A stretch of 64,000 nt of DNA from Psilocybe cubensis (Eukaryota). The position numbers and the translations under genes were made by a program. The stretch lies in the NCBI GenBank assembly GCA_017499595.2, contig CM039005.1:2418001-2482000 (forward strand), in the 5' to 3' direction. Below are positions 38,901-49,475 of the stretch, piece by piece. How positions within the stretch are numbered: the stretch's first letter is position 1; each line of letters starts with the position of its first letter. Under the pieces are notes generated by a model, which was not told the origin of the DNA, did not search any database, and saw only the letters and a list, made by a program, of their open reading frames with translations.

Positions 38901-41900
38901 GTAATAAACTACCACCATCCCTCCTCCGACTTTTAATATCAAATCAAGTCTTTAAAATTGGATCTGGAATCAAGGGCGACATCACTCGATTAAAAAAACA
39001 GTTTCCAATTCTCGGCTCGCAGCTGACTTTCAATCTTATTGATTTGAAAGAATACTGCGTCGAGCGCGGATTAATTGCCCGAAAGGCATCTGGATCTCTT
39101 GAAGCCCTGTGCGAGGGTATTCTTAAGCAATATCTTCCAAAAGAGCAACGACTTAGAAGATGCGAGGACTGGGAGCTCAAATCACTAAGCTCCGAGCTTC
39201 TTCATTATGCCGCACGTGATGTTTTTGCATCGCGCATACTTTTTGAGAAGGCAATGGAATGCGCGCCTATTGCCCGTCCACAGTTTGATTCGCCAGCTGG
39301 AACACCAGTCGCCTTGCTCTCCCAAGAAGGTAGCGACCCAATTGCGTATGGTGTCATATCTCCTAACCAACCTACAACACTTGGAAACATTCGAGTTAAA
39401 ACACCAAATCGCAATCGCCTTGTTCTTGATATACACACCGTGATATCTCCTTCGGCTGCTGTGATGCTTCATTTGCCATCGCTGGGACACAACAAGAAAG
39501 GAAAAACAAAATCCGGAGCTCTTACATTAGAGCAAATACGAGCGTCTTCTTTGGATCCACATATGTCAACATTTAAAATTGTTGCACCCCTCCTATTAAT
39601 GGAGTTTGATTTCCGAGCATCACCGTCCGAGGTAAGCAAGTTGCAACGATGACTATATATCCATATTAATCTTCAAAATTTGAAGTTAATGAGCAGTGCA
39701 TCGCGCCCTAATATTGAGGCATCCAAAAAGCATACCAATCTAGAAGACAATCTGCTTTCTGGGTCTAGTATTGAGGAAGATAGCTTCTTAGATGACACTG
39801 CATCTTTGGCTAATGATTTGGGCGAAGAAACCGAGGTTTCACCTCAAGACACATCGGATCTTGTTGCTTTAGATATGCTTGAGGCATACTCAAAGATTGA
39901 AAATTGCGAAGGTTTGTTAACTAATGCTTATAACTTGCTTCATCCGGATTTGTATTGATGTAATCTATCATTAGATGCTCAGCGAGTGCAGTCCGCAACC
40001 CAACATTCTATTGTGAATACCCTTCAAAAGTTGATTAATTCACCTCCCGATGCCAAATCCGAGTATACACGAGTCAAAAAGGACATTTTCCATGCATTCC
40101 ATATGATCCCCATATCAGTCAATCATGGCGCACGCCCTTCTTTTCTTCGTGCTATGCGCGACCATTTGATGCGCTGGGATCCCAAAATTCGAGTGACAGT
40201 CGATGAGGCCTGCCAAAAACACTTCAACCTCACGTTTGAGCAAATGCTGCTTAGAAATCCTCGATTTATTGCCGAACGCACCCCCCGATATGTCCCCTCT
40301 CCAAGTATTCTTGTTCCTGCATTAAAATTGGTCTTTGAGACTTATGGCAATGCCTTGGACGTCAAGACAGGATTGCCACTTTTTAGTGCAGATGCGCAAC
40401 AGAAAGCTAATGCTGTAATTGAACTTGCACGTGAAGGCTATTTATCCGACATCGAAGGAGTTGTCCTATACGAGCGAGCAGGGATTGACAAATATGGTCT
40501 CCAAAAGTATAAATGTCTACGGGGAACAAACAATGTTGAAGGCGGCCCGCATGGTGACATTTACCGAAAATTTGGTGCTCTTCACGGTAAGATTTTAAAT
40601 GCTGGATAGTTTGTATAGCACTATGCTAACATGTATACGGATTATTACTTTCATAGCCGGACCAAGACTTACAGTTAACTGCTTGACCGATCATAGAACC
40701 TGGTACAATCTACAGGTTGGTTATCACATTTCTGTTTTTACAAGATTATTGGCTTAATACAATGCACTTTGTAACTCCAAATCTTATACTAGGCATTTGC
40801 AAAGCATATCTTTGGTGTGGACTGGGAGTACCACCATGATATTGCACTAATAAACCGGACCTCCTTTCTTTTAAACTATCTCTCCGATACTATTGATGGA
40901 TCAGCCTCATATACAGAGTGGATAAATGGGGATCTTTATGAGAAGACCACCGAAGAGTTTGGGGTTTGCAAATTTCCAGGTATATAATTAAAATCCACCT
41001 AACTTCTATCTTCCCCATGTTCACATAATTTTTCATATTTAGATTCGCTCCGAATACGGCTGGGAATGGAGCCATATAGCGCTGAGGCTGAAATCCAATA
41101 TCGACTCAACTCAAGTGACAATTGGCTTCGTAAGCGGCAAGGCTTAGCTTTGCCTGTATTACCGCCTACAACTTTGGAGGCCAGAAAGTATTTCTTTTTG
41201 AAGATTCGGGATTTTGCCGCTCTTGCTAACGACGCTGGCCAAAGTCGGATTAATTTTGAAGCATTTGCACAAGAGTGGAACCGGACCGCAAATGGAAAGG
41301 AACGAGTATATATCACCACCGAGGTGTTGGCAGCCTACTCAAAGACATGGGAAAAGATGACAAATATTCGCGCATCGCAAGAGCTCATTCAAGATAAGCT
41401 AGAGGTTCTTAAAGTGACAGCAAATGTCTTTGCTGCAGAAAAGCAGCCTTTTCCAATATACCTTTCGGGAACATCTGTATCAACACAGCCTCGACATGGA
41501 GTTATCGAGATACCAGACTCCGAGTCATTACAATCCAACCAGGTTCCTTCTTCGCTCTCTGTTAATCTTTCTATCTCTCGCCCCCCATTACCCAGTCCTC
41601 CTACTCAGAACATTTCCAACTCTTCCATTGATCCCAGACTATTGTCCCTTTCCGCTACAAATGTTGAAGTGCCAGTCCGGTGAGTCATACTTTTCAGTTC
41701 AACCAAGTCTCAACTTAATTTGAATTCACTTTAGTACATTGTCTTCAACGTCGTCCGATTTGCAATATCACAATGAAGACAATGTCAACAATGATCGACC
41801 AACTAAGCGCAGACGCATCGTTCCCGACAGTAAACGTAAACGTTCTCTGCGCAAATGCCGTCGATGCCTCAAAACTACGTGCGCAGGGAACAGCAATGTA

Positions 41901-42284
41901 CTTAATTGTAACATTGTGTGCAAGGTACCGTGTACAAAGTGCAAGCGCACAACCGAATGTCGAGGTGTAGATGGTGGGCGTGCATGCACATGGAAAGGTG
42001 GTGATACTATTGCTACATCTCCTTAAACACTAGAAATTTGTGGTATTTGTGGTCCGTAAGTACTCAAGTTACCAAATATCTTCACAAATTCACGAAGTTC
42101 AATGTCTCACGCTTTGGACACACGTGATGCTCGTGGAATTGTAATTGATGAGCATTGGTAATCCTCTTCATTCTCTTTCTTTTTTCTTCATTTTCCGCAT
42201 TCAATACCCACCCCCATGAACGGAAAACCCTGCTAGTAGGGTTGAACGAGCACGCCTTACGCGACTTGTTAACCTCGGTTGAGC
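35903..42284 (+). mobile_element. Dada-superfamily-like DNA transposon inserted in the Copia PBS
   Basis: 7-bp direct repeat GGGCCCC at 35896-35902 and 42285-42291; no long TIR; subterminal inverted repeat 36036-36061 / 42204-42229 (24 of 26 match); one multi-exon transposase gene. Confidence 0.8.
36523..42026 (+). CDS. Multi-exon (about 13 exons) Dada-like transposase with zinc-ribbon region, DDE-type core, inserted DEDDy 3'-5' exonuclease and Cys-rich C-terminus
   Basis: Short GT-AG introns of about 47-77 bp (e.g. 38217-38276, 38484-38546, 38841-38887, 40980-41042) join the ORFs in frame. Motifs: CPNC..YYC..C; IDDSHK-VNK; YSDD; LDAEWN / GIKGDITRL / YAARD (Exo I/II/III); KDIFH; CLRGTNNVEGGPH; C-terminal CRRC...CTKC. 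No internal stops seen in the inferred exons; the start codon is uncertain. Confidence 0.8.
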
Positions 42285-42496
42285 GGGCCCCCGTCGCCTA
42301 ATCCCCGAGTTATTTCTAGTTAAAAGTAACCCTTTTAAATTAGGCTAGTTTAACTTCGTCTTTTCAACTTGCGTTCGCATCGCACCCCGAGCTCCGGGTA
42401 ACGCCTAGTTTGTTTCCACACATTATTACACATCCCCACACATTACTACCAATACTCGTATCCATCCGCTTACACGTTCCTTCGCAATTCGCAATA

Positions 42497-45400
42497 ATGA
42501 CTTCTGATCCCCAAATCACTCTATTGAACTCAACCAACTACAACACCTGGGCAGGCCAGATGACCGCCTATCTCCAGTCTAAAGGGATATGGCGCATTGT
42601 CAGCGGTGCTAGAGCACAGCCAACGCTCTCAGACAAGCCTACTGCTCAGGAGGAAGCTTTGCTTGAAACCTATTTTGAGCAGAGAGACAAAGCATGTGGT
42701 TTGATCTATCTCAGTTTGGAGAATGATCAGAGGGTTCATGTGGAAGCCATCAAGGATGATCCTATCAAAATGTGGGATGCCCTCGCCACTGTACATCAGC
42801 AAAAGCGCCCTGGCAACCGCTTTAATGCATATGATGATCTGTTCTCCATCCGAAAGGAGGAAGGTGAAAACCTTCAAACCCTAATCAATAGAGTTGAGCA
42901 AGCCATGTTGCTAATTCAGCAGCTTCGCCCTAAGGGGTTTGATCTGGCTAAGCTTGATGAAGAGCTTGCTTCGCTTGCTCTGGTCAGGGCACTCCCAGAA
43001 GAGTACAGTTCATTTGCATCCTCACTTCTCCTTTTGGACAAGTTGGACAAGGCTACAATTCATCAAGCCTTTGTCACAGAGGACATACAGCGACGTCGCC
43101 GCGCTTCGGAGTTGCCTGCACTCGCCACCGCGTTCCAGACCGCTCCAGCCTCTTCTGCATCCAAGCCCAAGTGCGCATTTTGTGATATGACCAATCATGC
43201 AATGGACAAGTGTCACAAGTTCATTGCTGCGCAAAAAGATGCGAAGGAGGGGGTCAAAGCGGCTCGCAAAGGCAATAGAGCGCACAAGGCCTCAGAGGCA
43301 TCCAGGGAGGAAAAAGAGTCCAAGGACATGGAATTTGCTGGAAATGCAAGTGCTCTTAATACCGATGTTCCCTCTTCCATTTCACCCCAAACTAATGACG
43401 ATTGGATTGCAGACACAGGGGCGACTTCTCATATGACGCCCCACCGCAATTGGGTTAGAAATTACACCCCTCTTCGCATTCCAATCCGATTAGCAGATGA
43501 ACGAGTTATTTATTCTGCAGGGGTGGGCACTGTGTTCTTTGAACCAGTTGTAAATGGAATAAAGTCAAGAGGCGTCGAGTTAACTAGAGTTTTACATGTA
43601 CCAGATCTCCGAAACAATCTACTGTCTGTTCTATACCTCACAAAGCACAAAGGCTTCAAAATCACCATTGATGCTAATCTGATGGAGTTTTATCGCAAAG
43701 GAGCTTGTCTCTTCTCTGCAGATGTTAGTACATCAAACTGCGCTTTATTGAATGGTTATACAGTTCCTATTTCGGAATCTGCCTTCATTTCCTCCAATTC
43801 CACTCTACCCCTTGATATCAGTCTCTGGCATCGTCGCTTTGCTCATCATAGCTACACTGACATCCAGAAGATGATTAGAGAGGGTATGGTCACCGGACTC
43901 AAGCTGAATTCACAGCAACAGCCTGACCCCATTTGTGAACCTTGCCTTGCAGGCAAGATGCATTCCAACTCATTTCCTTCTTCACCAAGCATGTCAGATG
44001 TTCCGCTTGCGCTTATCTTCTCAGATCTGAAAGGTCCTATCTCGCCCCCTACTCCTGAAGGCTATCGCTACTGGATAACCTTTATTGATGACCATACAAA
44101 GAGTAGAGCTGCTGTGCTTCTTAAGCGCAAAAGCGATGCATTCAGTGCGTTCCAAACGTACAAAGCATGGGCTGAGAACAAATTAGGCTTTAAGATCAAA
44201 GCGCTGCAGGATGACAAAGCTGGTGAATACATGTCAAATGCTTTCATCAAATTCACTGACCAGTGTGGCATTGAGCGTCGTCATACAACGCGAAACCGCC
44301 CACAACAGAACGGAGTTGCAGAGCGTGCAAATCGCACCATGGCAGAACATGTTACTTCCATGCTCAATGAGGCTCGTGTTCCACCTTCGTTTTGGGGTCG
44401 CTGTGTTGCAGCATACATGCATGTATGGAATCGTGTTCCTACAGCTCCTCTACCGGATAAGACTCCGTATGAAAGCTGGAACAAGCGCAAACCTGATGTT
44501 AGTCATTTGAGGGTTTGGGGTTGCCTTGCATATGTTTATGTTCAGGAAGATAAGCGCAAATCGTTGCAGCCTCATATGGAAAAGTGTATCTTTGTTGGGT
44601 ATCCTACTGGGTACAAGGGCTGGGAGTTTTACAACCCAGTCACCAAAAGGTTCATTATCTCTGAGAGAGCTGATTTCGACGAAAGGTGCTTCCCTGGGGT
44701 GTCCACTGGCCCTATGCCAAAGGTTGACCTTCTTCCCACTTCTTCTGCAAGTGCACCACCTCCCAATTCAGGGGGGAACTCTAATGGCTTCAACTTTGAT
44801 GATGATGAGGATGACTCTACTCCAAGTCCTGTCATTGAGCCAGAAGTGCCTATTGCGCCTCCTGAACAGCCAGCTGAACCGCCACAGCCTGAGGCCTTTT
44901 CTGCACCTCCTCCTAAGCCTGCACGCCACCAGTGTGCTCCAGTTGATTCCGCAACATTAAAACGCACTACTCGCGTTCCTAAGCAGCCTGGTAAATGGTG
45001 GAAGCTCTCACATGATCCTGAACCACCTGAAGCCAATGATCCTGGATTTGAAGAGGTGGAGTTTGCTGGGCTTGTTTCAAGCGCAGATCCGCGCACATTC
45101 AAACAGGCAATGAAAGTGCCTGATGCGCACATGTGGAAAGAGGCTGCTAACACAGAATTCAATCTGTTGCAGCACAATCAAACTTGGGAGCGAGTTGAGC
45201 TCCCTCCGGGTCAAAAGGCAATTGGCTGTGGTTGGGTCTTTAAAATCAAGCGAAATGCAGATGGCAGTATAGAGCGCTACAAGGCTCGTATTGTTGCCAA
45301 GGGCTACAGTCAGCGCCCTGGCATTGATTACCATGAGGTCTTTGCTTCTACTTTCCGCCCTGCTACTTTCTGCTTGATTGTGGCTCTGGCCGCCATTGGA

Positions 45401-46645
45401 GACTTGAAGTTGCGCTCTGTTGATATTACAGCTGCTTTCACTAAAGGTGACCTTGACGAGGAGATTTACATGTTACAACCTAAAGGATTTCACCAAGGTG
45501 GTCCTAACATGGTTTTGAAACTCAAAAAGTCGCTCTATGGTCTTAAGCAGTCTGCACGTCAATGGAACCTCAAGTTGCATGAGGCATTGTCAGATATGGG
45601 GTTCAAGCGTATAGAATCAGATCGCTCTGTCTACATCTATTCAGATGGAGATGTGAAGATTATTGTTCCCATTTACATTGATGACATTACCTTTGCCTCC
45701 AAATCGGATGCTGCCATAGATAGAGCTGTTAAGCAGCTAGCTGCGCGTTTTAAACTCCGTGATCTGGGTCCTACACAGTATTTACTTGGTGTTGCCATTG
45801 AGCGAGATATGGCTGCTAAAACAATTTCCTTGCATCAGCGTCAGTATATCCTTGATATGCTTGATACATATGGCATGACTGATTCTAATCCGGTCAAAAC
45901 ACCTATGGCTGTAGGCACTGTTCTTTCCAAGGCAGATGGACCTCAGAATGGAGATGAGGTGGAATTTATGCGAAATGTTCCCTACCTCAATGCAGTTGGC
46001 TCCTTGCAGTATCTAGCCACCATGACCCGTCCTGACATTGCTTTTACTGTGTCCTATCTGGCACGCTTCAACTCCAATCCTGGGCCTAAGCATTGGGCTG
46101 CGGTTAAACATTTATTCCGCTATCTCAGAGGCACTCTGGATTACAAGTTGACTTATTCTGGCGCTGTGGGCCATGATAACTTTGTCACCTACACTGATGC
46201 TGCACATGGTGATTGTGTAGATACTGGACGCTCTACGAGTGGTTATTTGACCGTTCTAGCTGGAGGTGCTATTGGCTGGGCAAGCAAACTCCAAACTGTT
46301 GTAACTCTGTCTACTACTGAGGCAGAGTACATTGCTGCGGTGGAGGCAGCCAAGGAGATTGTGTGGATGCGCAATATCCTTGAGGAGTTTGGCTACACAG
46401 TCACTGAGCCCTCTGTGCTGCATATGGACAACCAGTCATCTATCAGTGTTTCCAAGAATCCAGAGCACCATGGACAGATGAAGCACCTTGATTTGCGCTA
46501 TTATTGGCTTAGGGATGCTGTTGGTGTTGGAAAGATTTCTCCTTCTTATATTCCTACTGATCAGCAAGCTGCTGATATTCTCACCAAACCCCTCTCACCT
46601 CCCAAAGTGGACTTTTGTAGAGATAAAATGGGTCTCAAACTTTAA
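42497..46645 (+). CDS. Copia Gag-Pol polyprotein (1382 aa from the first ATG), intact ORF
   Basis: Gag CAFC..H..C knuckle, WIADTGAT protease, WHRRFAH..CEPC and QQNGVAER integrase, YIDD RT, and TDAA..STTEAEY..ADILTK RNase H, in Copia domain order. Confidence 0.97.
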   Translation: MTSDPQITLLNSTNYNTWAGQMTAYLQSKGIWRIVSGARAQPTLSDKPTAQEEALLETYFEQRDKACGLIYLSLENDQRVHVEAIKDDPIKMWDALATVHQQKRPGNRFNAYDDLFSIRKEEGENLQTLINRVEQAMLLIQQLRPKGFDLAKLDEELASLALVRALPEEYSSFASSLLLLDKLDKATIHQAFVTEDIQRRRRASELPALATAFQTAPASSASKPKCAFCDMTNHAMDKCHKFIAAQKDAKEGVKAARKGNRAHKASEASREEKESKDMEFAGNASALNTDVPSSISPQTNDDWIADTGATSHMTPHRNWVRNYTPLRIPIRLADERVIYSAGVGTVFFEPVVNGIKSRGVELTRVLHVPDLRNNLLSVLYLTKHKGFKITIDANLMEFYRKGACLFSADVSTSNCALLNGYTVPISESAFISSNSTLPLDISLWHRRFAHHSYTDIQKMIREGMVTGLKLNSQQQPDPICEPCLAGKMHSNSFPSSPSMSDVPLALIFSDLKGPISPPTPEGYRYWITFIDDHTKSRAAVLLKRKSDAFSAFQTYKAWAENKLGFKIKALQDDKAGEYMSNAFIKFTDQCGIERRHTTRNRPQQNGVAERANRTMAEHVTSMLNEARVPPSFWGRCVAAYMHVWNRVPTAPLPDKTPYESWNKRKPDVSHLRVWGCLAYVYVQEDKRKSLQPHMEKCIFVGYPTGYKGWEFYNPVTKRFIISERADFDERCFPGVSTGPMPKVDLLPTSSASAPPPNSGGNSNGFNFDDDEDDSTPSPVIEPEVPIAPPEQPAEPPQPEAFSAPPPKPARHQCAPVDSATLKRTTRVPKQPGKWWKLSHDPEPPEANDPGFEEVEFAGLVSSADPRTFKQAMKVPDAHMWKEAANTEFNLLQHNQTWERVELPPGQKAIGCGWVFKIKRNADGSIERYKARIVAKGYSQRPGIDYHEVFASTFRPATFCLIVALAAIGDLKLRSVDITAAFTKGDLDEEIYMLQPKGFHQGGPNMVLKLKKSLYGLKQSARQWNLKLHEALSDMGFKRIESDRSVYIYSDGDVKIIVPIYIDDITFASKSDAAIDRAVKQLAARFKLRDLGPTQYLLGVAIERDMAAKTISLHQRQYILDMLDTYGMTDSNPVKTPMAVGTVLSKADGPQNGDEVEFMRNVPYLNAVGSLQYLATMTRPDIAFTVSYLARFNSNPGPKHWAAVKHLFRYLRGTLDYKLTYSGAVGHDNFVTYTDAAHGDCVDTGRSTSGYLTVLAGGAIGWASKLQTVVTLSTTEAEYIAAVEAAKEIVWMRNILEEFGYTVTEPSVLHMDNQSSISVSKNPEHHGQMKHLDLRYYWLRDAVGVGKISPSYIPTDQQAADILTKPLSPPKVDFCRDKMGLKL

Positions 46646-46695
46646 TCTTTCTTTCTCTGTTTTGCGTTATTTTTCTTTGTTCTGGAGACTTGTCA

Positions 46696-46708
46696 GAACA
46701 GGGGGGAG
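46696..46708 (+). promoter_or_regulatory. Polypurine tract of the Copia element
   Basis: GAACAGGGGGGAG immediately before the 3' LTR TG. Confidence 0.85.
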
Positions 46709-47091
46709 TGTTAAAACTGCTCTCTATGTCTCCCTCACTTTGCTATCTTATCAGATTAGATTACTTTCTTCTTATCTTCATTTGCTCTCCAGACCATTCT
46801 AGACACATGATATTTATCAGTCCATAGACTGGTCTGGACTGGACCAGAGTAAACCTAGGTAGACCAGAGTACTTGAGTCTACACAGTATATAGTCACTCT
46901 AGTTTACATTCTGAAGTCCCCAGTTACTCACTTCGGACTTCAGGTTAGTTTGTTAGCACTTTGCTCAATTCACTCAGTTACTCACTTTGGACTTCAGACG
47001 CTTCGTGCTCGCTTATCCCTGCGCCCTACGTTCTATAACTAGGTCGCCGAGTAGCTCACACTGCCCCGAGCTCGCCTGCTTCAACATAGCG

Positions 47092-48077
47092 AGCTTGCAG
47101 TTTTAGCAATCTATGCTGAATGTGTTTCTTATCCTTACATGAAGGCCATCCAAGCTTCAAATGCACAGAGACAGAATATGCTTGATCTTGGCCCTCTTCA
47201 TTCTTAAGTTTACAATCATTTGTAGAAACTTATTGAAAATCCCAAAATCCTTACTATTGATCTGGACCCTTTAACTTCATAAAAAACAGCAACACTCAAT
47301 GGAGATGAATGGCAAAATATTGATGTTTTGCACAAAATTAAATTTCTTCTTCCTGATCTGCCTTACTTTGAGGAGCTTCTTGTTGTATTTCTTGAGGGTG
47401 CTGCTAAAACTTGGGATCGGTTTACATTAGAATTTGCACCAGGAGGCTTGATTGATGAATCAACTGCAGAAGAAAAGCAGCTTGCATGGATGCCAGCAAC
47501 AAATGATGAAAATAAAAGTGCACTTGGTGTATTTAGGGTTCTTATGCGGCACCAACCCCAGCTTACTCTTTTGGATTATAATGCAATATCAATGTATTTT
47601 TGTAATCAAACTCAGTCATTTGTTGCTGCCAAATTTACAAAAGAAGAAGACTATCAGTATATTCAAAATCTAGCACGGAATTCAGGAAAGAAAGAAAGAA
47701 AGAGATGTAAAGACCTTGTTGATTTCCGCAACACACGTCAGGAACAGAAAACCAAGCAAAGAGAAACTCAAGAGCAAAATACCAAAGATACAGCAGCACA
47801 ACTTCAGCAGCTAAATCTTATTTTAGACAAGACCAAGATTCCTGGACTAAAAGGAAAAAGTCTTACTGATCAGCTCAAGCTCTTTAAACAAGCTGGTGCT
47901 CCAAATATGCAATCTGATTGCCTTCTTACCCGTGTTAATGATATCCGTGAAATATTAATCAAGGCAATTGATTTGATGGTTGATAGCACTTGGATTATTG
48001 AAGAAGAGGATGAAGAGAGCAAAGAAGACAAGGATGAAGAGGAAGAATGGGAAGATGATGATGGAAGTGATACTTAA
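47092..48077 (+). pseudogene. DDE-type transposase, 3' part (continuation of 33485-35510)
   Basis: Removing the Copia and one TSD gives the continuous frame ..NCSSTDSELAVLAIY..; then LDLGPLH, EFAPGG, WMPATNDEN and an acidic tail; stops near 47205-47280. Confidence 0.75.
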
Positions 48078-48568
48078 ACTATCACAACAAGTTCCCAATT
48101 ATGTATAGTATACTGCAGATCTGTTCATGTATATTGAAGTTTTTGTAAACATTTGACAGGAAATTTATACAAAAAAATGTTGGTTATGGGTATATATGTA
48201 TCTAGTTCTATTAGTTTTAAATGTTATTGCATATAAACAAGACAATGTTAACTTGATAATCTTCAAGGCAATCATCAAAGATAACATCATTTTCATAAAT
48301 TGTGCTATCATGTACTCATTTTTGACGTTTTGGCATATCTTATGCTACAGAATCATTCTTTATATTTTATAATACATATTCAATGCAAAAAGTTTGGGAG
48401 AAAACAGTTGAAAACACATGAAATAGCAATGTCTCAAGCAAATCTCAAGATATGTAATGTTTTCGCGTGTGTGACATGACGTCACACGGCAAACCAGCCA
48501 TCAGGGATTGTGCAACTCCAATTATAAATGTATATATTATATAAACATAGAAACAACTAACTAATTGC

Positions 48569-49180
48569 CTATTCAATAGGGCCAAAAAGGAGCTCATCAC
48601 CTGGATTTCTAACAACTTTGACACCTTTATCTACCTTGGCTAAGTTATATATCTTAACAGATTTGAATTGATCCTTATAGCCCTTGTAACTGGCACTACT
48701 GACCCTTTCCATGATAACATGAACATCATCCCTAAGGTAAACACTATGAAAATACAATGAACTGAAATAATTGAGTAAAACATATCATTCATCCTAAAAA
48801 GCACCAACTACTTTGCCAAGCATAATAACATAGTACCATTTGATACCAAAGTTAGCCTGGGATGGTAAAGAGGCTTTCTAGACAGTTATAGGAGGTCCAA
48901 CTGTCAGAAGTACCTAGTGTTGATTGACTAGTACTCTAACTATTTGTGATAAAGCCTTAGCAATGGGGGAAGTGGAGTCCGAGTTTGGACCAGAAGAGGA
49001 TAGAATGATTGAAGATATTGACATGTAGAACAACAATGCTTCCAGATCTTTGGTAGCAGATAAAAAACTTGAGAATAACGTGGGGATTAGTGAGAGTGGT
49101 ACATTAGACAAGACTTTTGACAAACTTGCCTTTGATGGAAATGTTACCTTTGAAGAGAGAGGCAGACCTGAAACCATGGT
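48569..49180 (-). pseudogene. Remnant of a protein with an RNase H1 N-terminal (hybrid-binding / Cauli_VI-like) motif
   Basis: KWYYVIMLGKVVGAF, then after a putative intron VY..D.V..IMERVSSASYKGY. Confidence 0.4.
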
Positions 49181-49270
49181 CAGAGTAATGGATGATGTGG
49201 GAACCGTGGTATAGAATCATGCTTGCTTTACTGCTGTATTAATTGGCAAGCACTAGAAGGGGTCACCATC

Positions 49271-49475
49271 TATTGAAGCAAGCGAGCTCAAGGCAGTGTG
49301 AGCTACATGGCAACCTAGTTATAGAATGTAGGGCACAGGAATAAGTGAGCACGAAGCGTCTGAAGTCCAAATCAAGTAACTGGGTGAAACTAATCCAAAG
49401 TCCAAAGGGAGTAACTGGGGACTTCAGGATATAAACTAAAGTGACTATATACTCTGGTCCAGTCCAAACTAGTGT
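49271..49475 (-). mobile_element. Diverged Copia-family LTR fragment, split by a LINE (continues at 54082-54123)
   Basis: Similar to 26676-26965 (TGAAGCA.GCGAGCTC..GGCAGTGTGAGC...CTGGTCC.GTCCA.AC.AGT); resumes after the poly(A). Confidence 0.85.

Larger units (their letters stand above)
35511..47086 (+). mobile_element. Full-length Ty1/Copia LTR retrotransposon carrying a nested 6.4-kb DNA transposon
   Basis: LTRs 35511-35889 and 46709-47086 (about 8 differences by eye); TSD TAGCG at 35506-35510 and 47087-47091; PBS, PPT and intact gag-pol present. Confidence 0.97.
32541..48510 (+). mobile_element. TIR DNA transposon of uncertain superfamily (about 4.4 kb excluding the nested Copia)
   Basis: Perfect 12-bp TIR CAATCCCTGATG (32541-32552 / 48499-48510) and degenerate subterminal symmetry (GTGAC..GTCACAC..CATATCTTGAGA); encloses one transposase-like reading frame; no clean TSD seen. 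Confidence 0.75.

Noticed and set aside
35903-42284. Captured host gene (WRN-like exonuclease) as Copia cargo
   Set aside because: It has its own 7-bp TSD, a subterminal inverted repeat, transposase-like motifs and retained sense-strand introns, all favouring an independent DNA transposon.
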